A program made the translations under genes and the position numbers. Below are positions 55,036 to 58,514 of a stretch of DNA of 58,514 nt, piece after piece. The stretch's first letter is position 1. Each line of letters begins with the position of its first letter. The stretch covers positions 1 through 58,514 of the forward strand of contig JAGDCW010000026.1 in assembly GCA_017958305.1 (NCBI GenBank). The letters run 5' to 3'. This DNA is from Bacteroidales bacterium (GTDB lineage Bacteria > Bacteroidota > Bacteroidia > Bacteroidales > UBA1402). Under the pieces are notes generated by a model that was not told the DNA's origin, did not search any database, and saw nothing but the letters and a program-made list of their open reading frames with translations.

Positions 55036-56331
55036 ATGATTTACATGGAAATTACTATGACTACGGTTGTAATATTGAGTATCATCCTGTTTTTGTCCGT
55101 CACACTGATCCTGGTGGCCCTGCTGCTCTTTGTCAAGAACAAGCTCACGCCCTCGGGCAATGTGAAGATCTCCATCAACGGCGGCGAACAGGAAATCGAG
55201 ACGCCCATGGGCGGCAGTCTGCTCTCGTCGTTGAGCAACAACGGCATCTTCCTGCCTTCGGCTTGCGGCGGCAAGGGTAGCTGCGGTATGTGCAAATGCC
55301 AGGTGCTGGAAGGCGCCGGCGAGATGCTGCCCACCGAAAAGGGCTTCTTCTCCCGTCAGCAACAGCAGAACAACTGGCACCTGGGTTGCCAGGTGAAGGT
55401 GCGCAGCGACATCAAGGTCAAAGTGCCCGAATCCGTGCTCGGTGTCAAGGAATGGGAATGCACCGTCTTGAGCAACAAGAACGTGGCCACCTTCATCAAG
55501 GAGTTCATCGTCGAACTGCCCAAGGGCGAGCACATGAACTTCGAACCGGGTTCCTACGCCCAGATCAAGATTCCTGCCTACACGATGGACTACGACAAGG
55601 ACATCGACAAGTCGCTCATCGGTGACGAATATCTGCCCGCCTGGGAGAAATTCGGCCTGTTCACCCTCAAGTGCACCAACACTGTGCCGACCGTGCGCGC
55701 CTATTCGATGGCCAACTATCCGGCCGAGGGCGACCGCATCATGCTCACCGTCCGCATCGCCACGCCTCCTTTCAAGCCGAAAGAGCAGGGTCCGGGCTTC
55801 CAGAACGTGATGCCGGGTATCGCCTCATCCTATATCTTCTCGCTCAAGCCGGGCGACAAGGTGATCATGAGCGGCCCTTACGGAGAGTTCCATCCGATCT
55901 ACAATTCGACCCGCGAGATGATGTGGGTGGGCGGTGGCGCCGGTATGGCTCCGCTGCGTGCGCAGATCATGCACCTGACGCACACCCTGCACACGACCAA
56001 CCGCAAGATGTCGTATTTCTACGGTGCCCGTGCTCTGAACGAGGTCTTCTACCTGCAGGACTTCCTGGCCCTGGAAAAGGAGTTCCCCAACTTCTCCTTC
56101 CACCTGGCCCTGGACCGTCCCGATCCCGCTGCCGATGCCGCCGGCGTGAAATACACCCCGGGCTTTGTGCATCAGGTCATCTGGGAAACCTACCTCAAGG
56201 ACCACGAGGAACCCGAAGAGATCGAATACTACATGTGCGGCCCCGGCCCGATGTCGAAAGCTGTCATCAACATGCTCGACAACCTGGGTGTGGCCAAGGA
56301 AATGATCATGTACGACGATTTCGGCGGATAA
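55036..56331 (+). CDS. nqrF: Na+-translocating NADH:quinone oxidoreductase subunit F
   Basis: 431 aa with an N-terminal TM and 2Fe-2S ferredoxin Cys motifs (CGGKGSCGMCKC..C). It has FAD/NAD-binding blocks (RAYSMAN, GGGAGMAP, YMCGP). The exact start among three nearby ATGs is uncertain. Confidence 0.93.
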   Translation: MIYMEITMTTVVILSIILFLSVTLILVALLLFVKNKLTPSGNVKISINGGEQEIETPMGGSLLSSLSNNGIFLPSACGGKGSCGMCKCQVLEGAGEMLPTEKGFFSRQQQQNNWHLGCQVKVRSDIKVKVPESVLGVKEWECTVLSNKNVATFIKEFIVELPKGEHMNFEPGSYAQIKIPAYTMDYDKDIDKSLIGDEYLPAWEKFGLFTLKCTNTVPTVRAYSMANYPAEGDRIMLTVRIATPPFKPKEQGPGFQNVMPGIASSYIFSLKPGDKVIMSGPYGEFHPIYNSTREMMWVGGGAGMAPLRAQIMHLTHTLHTTNRKMSYFYGARALNEVFYLQDFLALEKEFPNFSFHLALDRPDPAADAAGVKYTPGFVHQVIWETYLKDHEEPEEIEYYMCGPGPMSKAVINMLDNLGVAKEMIMYDDFGG

Positions 56332-56381
56332 TCCTTGGAATCGTTTCCGACTCCCCACGGGGAGCGGACCCTTGGATAAAG

Positions 56382-56419
56382 AAATCCCCTGCAGGCATGG
56401 ACGCTTGCAGGGGATTTTT
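56382..56419. terminator. bidirectional rho-independent terminator after nqrF (+) and the OMP gene (-)
   Basis: The 12-bp perfect stem AAATCCCCTGCA / TGCAGGGGATTT has a 12-nt loop and a trailing TTTTT. Confidence 0.7.
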
Positions 56420-56439
56420 ACATCAAGAGGGCTGAGCCT

Positions 56440-56988
56440 TTAAAACTCAAAGGCGATACCCACACCGGCCGTGATGCCGTAGGTGACATCGTACATGAAT
56501 TCGCCGGCGAAGGCCAGGTTGTCCAGGAACCAGTAGCGACCGCCCAGCAGGACGCCAAACGAGGCCTGCGTGTCGTTGACTTGATAGCTGGCACCGGTGG
56601 CCGAGGCCGACTGGATGGCGTAGGAGTAGTTCCTGAAGGTCGGACCCAGGAACAGACCGGTGTGCATCTCGAACAGGTCGGTGAAGTTGATGCCGTAGGT
56701 GACACGGGGCAGGATCGAGAGATGGCTCTCCTGCGTGTTGTCGTAGTTGTTGTAGTCGATTCTGTTGTAGTTGGCGCCGATATAGGCTCCAACGGCAAAA
56801 TGACCCACCCAGCAATCGTCAATCAGCACATAATCGCCCGTCAGGTCCAGTCCGATACCCGGCCAGATGGTCAGGTGGGTTCCTCCGACGAAGGTCCCCC
56901 GCGAAGTGGAGGGCTCGACGGCATAGGCTTGCGTTGTGGCGCACAGGGCGGCCAACAAGCAGATCATCGGTAAAAGCACACGTTTCAT
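56440..56988 (-). CDS. small outer-membrane beta-barrel protein (OmpW/OmpA-barrel-like)
   Basis: 182 aa with signal peptide MKRVLLPMICLLAALCATTQAYA. It is rich in Gly/aromatic beta-strands and has a C-terminal ..GVGIAFEF beta-signal. Confidence 0.75.
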   Translation of the reverse strand: MKRVLLPMICLLAALCATTQAYAVEPSTSRGTFVGGTHLTIWPGIGLDLTGDYVLIDDCWVGHFAVGAYIGANYNRIDYNNYDNTQESHLSILPRVTYGINFTDLFEMHTGLFLGPTFRNYSYAIQSASATGASYQVNDTQASFGVLLGGRYWFLDNLAFAGEFMYDVTYGITAGVGIAFEF

Positions 56989-57008
56989 ATGGGGTCGCTA
57001 ATAAAGTT

Positions 57009-58514
57009 TCATTTTTTCATCCAGGCAATGACATCGCCCTTGACGACCTTGTCGCCCTGCTGCTTCTCGATGCCGGCGATGCGGCCCTTCATGAAGCTGG
57101 TCAGGTGGGTCAGGCCATGGGCGTTCTCGATGGCGCAGAGCCATTCGCCTTCTTCATAGGCCTTGCCCTGTGCGGGAGCGGCCGAAGTCTCGTTGTAGTC
57201 GAGCTCCCAGATGAGGCGGCCCGAGCAGGGGGCTTCGACGGCTTCGGCATCGGGATACAGGATGGCCCGCTTGTCGGCAGCCGTGAAATGCTTGACAGGG
57301 GCGCCGCTCGCCTGGGCTTTTTCCATGCGTTCGAGCAGGTCTTTGTTGAACTGGGCTTTGGCCTGTCCCGACTTGAATTCACGATACTGCTTCTCGTGCA
57401 TGGCGAACTCGAAGAGCTCTTCGTCGTCCTGACCGCGGGCCCAGCCGTTTTCCTCCATCTCCTTGATGAAGCGGGGCAGTTCGTCGGGATAGAGGGCCTG
57501 CGGATCGCCGGTGTAGAACTCGAAACCTTTTTCCTTGGCCAGCTCGACAATCTCCGGAGCCAGCGTGCCGGGCAGTTTGCCCGACTTGCCCAGGATCATG
57601 CCCCACATGGCCGGATCCATCCGGGTGAAAGGCTTCTCGTCCATGCTCTTGGAGAAGAGGTTCATCAGGGCGGCATTCTTGACATACTGGCTGAAAGGCG
57701 TCACCAGACAGGGGGTGCCCAGCATCGGCCAGATGCGCTGCACTTCCTCGAAAAGCTCGACCAGCAGCTCGTCTTCGCTCAGCGGCGAGAGACCGCGTTT
57801 CTGACGGTTGCCGTTGATGGCGGCGTGAACGCCCTTCAAATCGGCCATCAGCGAGCCCATCATGCCGCCGGGCAGGCCGCAGCCCACCAGCAGGGAGGTC
57901 ATCTTCGAGTTGCGCGGGTCGATCCAGTAGCCCAGGAAGTCGTCGATAAAGCTCTGGGTGAGCCGACGGGCCTCCATATAGGCCTTCATGTTGATGTCGG
58001 GCACCAGGAAGCCGGCGTCCTTGAGCATGGCCTGGATGGTGATGACGTCGGGATGGACCATACCCCACGACAGGGGCTCCATGGCCACGTCCAGCACGTC
58101 GCCGCCGGCCTTGGCCACTTCGAGCATGCTGGCCACCGAGAAACCGGGGCCGGTGTGGCCGTGGTACTGGATGACGATATCGGGATGCTTTTCCTTGATG
58201 GCTTTGACTATGACGCCCAGCATGGCGGGACGTCCGATGCCGGCCATGTCCTTGAGGCAGATCTCCTGGGCGCCGCCCTCGATGAGCTGTTCGGCCAGGT
58301 TGATGTAGTACTCGGCATTATGTACCTGGGAGTAGGTGATGCACATGGTGGCCTGGGCCGTCATGCCGGCCTTTTTGGCCCATTTGATCGAAGGGATGAT
58401 GTTGCGCGGGTCGTTCAAGCCGCAGAAGATGCGGGTGATGTCCACGCCCTGGGCCTTCTTGACCTTGTACATGAGTTCGCGCACGTCGGCGGGCACCGGG
58501 TTCATGCGCAGGGC
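57009..58514 (-). CDS. oxaloacetate decarboxylase alpha / pyruvate carboxylase subunit B-like carboxyltransferase (5' end outside the window), with a degenerate C-terminal biotinyl-like domain
   Basis: The frame is open to the window edge. Carboxyltransferase TIM-barrel blocks are present (RIFCGLNDPRN, ICLKDMAGIG, YHGHTGPG). The C-terminal 76 aa align to a biotinyl domain, but the EAMKM position reads ENAHG. Confidence 0.88.
   Translation of the reverse strand, partial: ALRMNPVPADVRELMYKVKKAQGVDITRIFCGLNDPRNIIPSIKWAKKAGMTAQATMCITYSQVHNAEYYINLAEQLIEGGAQEICLKDMAGIGRPAMLGVIVKAIKEKHPDIVIQYHGHTGPGFSVASMLEVAKAGGDVLDVAMEPLSWGMVHPDVITIQAMLKDAGFLVPDINMKAYMEARRLTQSFIDDFLGYWIDPRNSKMTSLLVGCGLPGGMMGSLMADLKGVHAAINGNRQKRGLSPLSEDELLVELFEEVQRIWPMLGTPCLVTPFSQYVKNAALMNLFSKSMDEKPFTRMDPAMWGMILGKSGKLPGTLAPEIVELAKEKGFEFYTGDPQALYPDELPRFIKEMEENGWARGQDDEELFEFAMHEKQYREFKSGQAKAQFNKDLLERMEKAQASGAPVKHFTAADKRAILYPDAEAVEAPCSGRLIWELDYNETSAAPAQGKAYEEGEWLCAIENAHGLTHLTSFMKGRIAGIEKQQGDKVVKGDVIAWMKK

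Noticed and set aside
55375-55389. A perfect sigma-54 -24/-12 consensus, TGGCAC-CTGGG-TTGC, on the plus strand.
   Set aside because: It lies inside nqrF, encoding ..NWHLGCQ.. of the ferredoxin domain, with no gene start downstream. A 10-nt fixed motif is expected by chance roughly once per ten windows of this size on both strands. A weaker intergenic match upstream of the OMP gene on the minus strand (CGGGCG-ATATA-TTGCA, 50263-50278) has a poor -24 half. Neither is a credible target of the local EBP without experimental data.

Overview
This is a 58.5-kb, gene-dense, GC-rich chromosomal segment with strong G/C preference at third codon positions. That bias produces many long spurious antisense ORFs in the six-frame track. 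Gene content and order, TAnnTTTG promoter boxes and the absence of Shine-Dalgarno sites point to core genome of a high-GC Bacteroidales, possibly Alistipes/Rikenellaceae-like (inference only). I call about 60 protein genes and one tRNA-Ser(UGA). I find no rRNA, CRISPR array, transposase, integrase, phage genes or recognisable defence system. Contents in order: a glycan-degradation cluster (acetylesterase, DUF5703-like hydrolase, GH2 interrupted by one in-frame TAG); coaX, an OMP, a TPR protein, lptC, ppiD and rlmN; a BlaI/BlaR1-TonB module; DUF4837, pdxA, a sigma-54 activator, lptE and secG; a PPTase, ssb and mutY; HU, a tiny basic ORF and RNase G; CYTH and DUF3127; tRNA-Ser; rpsP; recA; the nusB-yajC-ybbR-coaE-DUF5606 operon; DUF3276; rplY-pth-hslR; a more AT-rich patch holding a lipoprotein, a Met-rich secreted repeat protein and a divergent TPR histidine kinase/LuxR pair; GNAT, a membrane protein and recR; a solute symporter and engB; a tight PAP2-ygjP-nadC-(kinase::DUF4301) operon; relA/spoT; nqrABCDEF flanked by small OMP genes; and a truncated OadA-like carboxyltransferase. 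The window is mostly ordinary housekeeping and I see no convincing new multi-gene system. The leads most worth a second look are: (1) a DUF3127 protein with an SSB-type disordered linker and DDLPF tip, co-transcribed with a CYTH enzyme; (2) a Met-rich LTxxQ-like repeat protein arranged divergently from a periplasmic-TPR two-component system, like cpxP/zraP; (3) a P-loop kinase::DUF4301 fusion heading an operon with nadC, a YgjP-type metallohydrolase and a PAP2 phosphatase; (4) an unlisted 29-aa bS22-like ORF; (5) the single in-frame TAG in GH2; (6) an OadA-like protein whose biotinyl domain lacks the biotinyl-lysine.
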